From the NCBI RefSeq assembly GCF_016406305.1, contig NZ_CP066369.1, forward strand, positions 4,431,894-4,455,893: a DNA stretch of 24,000 nt, written 5' to 3'. Below the pieces are notes generated by a model that saw nothing but the letters and a program-made list of their open reading frames with translations, had not been told where the DNA came from and searched no databases. Shown in pieces: positions 23,776-24,000 of the stretch. Position 1 is the stretch's first letter, and the number at the start of each line of letters is the position of its first letter. The stretch comes from Shewanella putrefaciens. Its GTDB lineage: Bacteria; Pseudomonadota; Gammaproteobacteria; Enterobacterales; Shewanellaceae. A program made the position numbers and the translations under genes.

Positions 23776-24000
23776 ATGCAAACCCCATTTCGCCTTAGTG
23801 CACTTAGTTCACTCTTGTTGCTCTCATCCTCAGTGATGGCCGCCGATGTGGCACCTGAAGTCGCAAGAGTCACCCTTGAAAACGGTGCCCAAGTCAGGCT
23901 TAAAGACGACTTTACCTGGGAATATATAGTGACAGAAACCAAAACGGCCGCGGCGGTATTAACTACCCAAGCCGTAGCGCCAGCGGTAAATGCCCCTGCG
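23776..24000 (+). CDS. Secreted hypothetical protein, 3'-truncated by the window edge
   Basis: The frame is open from the ATG at 23776 (or the in-frame ATG at 23752) to nt 24000. Signal peptide MQTPFRLSALSSLLLLSSSVMA|AD, with GGAG upstream. It is absent from the ORF track because no stop occurs in the window. Confidence 0.55.
   Translation, partial: MQTPFRLSALSSLLLLSSSVMAADVAPEVARVTLENGAQVRLKDDFTWEYIVTETKTAAAVLTTQAVAPAVNAPA

Noticed and set aside
23748-23942. 64-aa minus-strand ORF at the window end
   Set aside because: It is antisense to the plus-strand ORF, which has a clear signal peptide and stays open to the window edge.
1-24000. Search for CRISPR arrays, tRNA/rRNA genes, IS elements, integrases, phage genes, toxin-antitoxin pairs or defence-system ATPases and nucleases
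   Set aside because: I found no regularly spaced 25-40-bp repeats, no cloverleaf-like conserved tRNA segments, no transposase or integrase-like ORFs and no long terminal inverted repeats. Every large ORF has a plausible housekeeping or envelope assignment. The absence of small ncRNAs cannot be proven by eye.

Overview
The window reads as an ordinary, core-type chromosomal segment of a Shewanella-like gammaproteobacterium. That assignment is inferred from gene content and protein motifs; no database search was possible. I support about 23 protein-coding genes. In order they are: a 5'-truncated GGDEF-EAL protein, ferritin, moeA-moeB, a DUF333 lipoprotein, rlmF, a FliL-like protein, ubiC, a 934-aa M6 (InhA/PrtV-like) metalloprotease with two PKD repeats and a GlyGly-CTERM tail, and a MarC-family protein. 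Next come a His-rich 540-aa polytopic membrane protein, an NRDE/TANGO2-family protein, a DUF4440-like protein, a PlsC-type acyltransferase, a YbdG-like MscS channel, a small outer-membrane beta-barrel candidate and a DUF1090 protein. The window ends with a three-gene Scs-like (DsbD-type reductase / DsbA-DsbG-like / TlpA-like) envelope thiol-redox operon, a divergent SDR-LysR pair, and the start of a secreted protein cut by the 3' edge. I recognise no rRNA, tRNA, CRISPR array, transposase, integrase or phage gene, and I see no convincing defence or mobile system. The most unusual items are listed here.
- An 880-bp poorly explained gap upstream of the Scs-like operon, holding an odd 136-codon ORF and a 36-codon ORF with a strong Shine-Dalgarno (SD) sequence.
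- The His-rich membrane protein, which looks like a fusion, followed by a 15-bp hairpin abutting the NRDE start codon.
- Two tandem-repeat arrays upstream of rlmF.
- A perfect 14-bp tandem duplication spanning the ybdG-like stop codon.
- A 13-bp long-range inverted repeat between the scsD-like and DUF1090 genes.
All family names come from motif recognition by eye and need HMM or BLAST confirmation.
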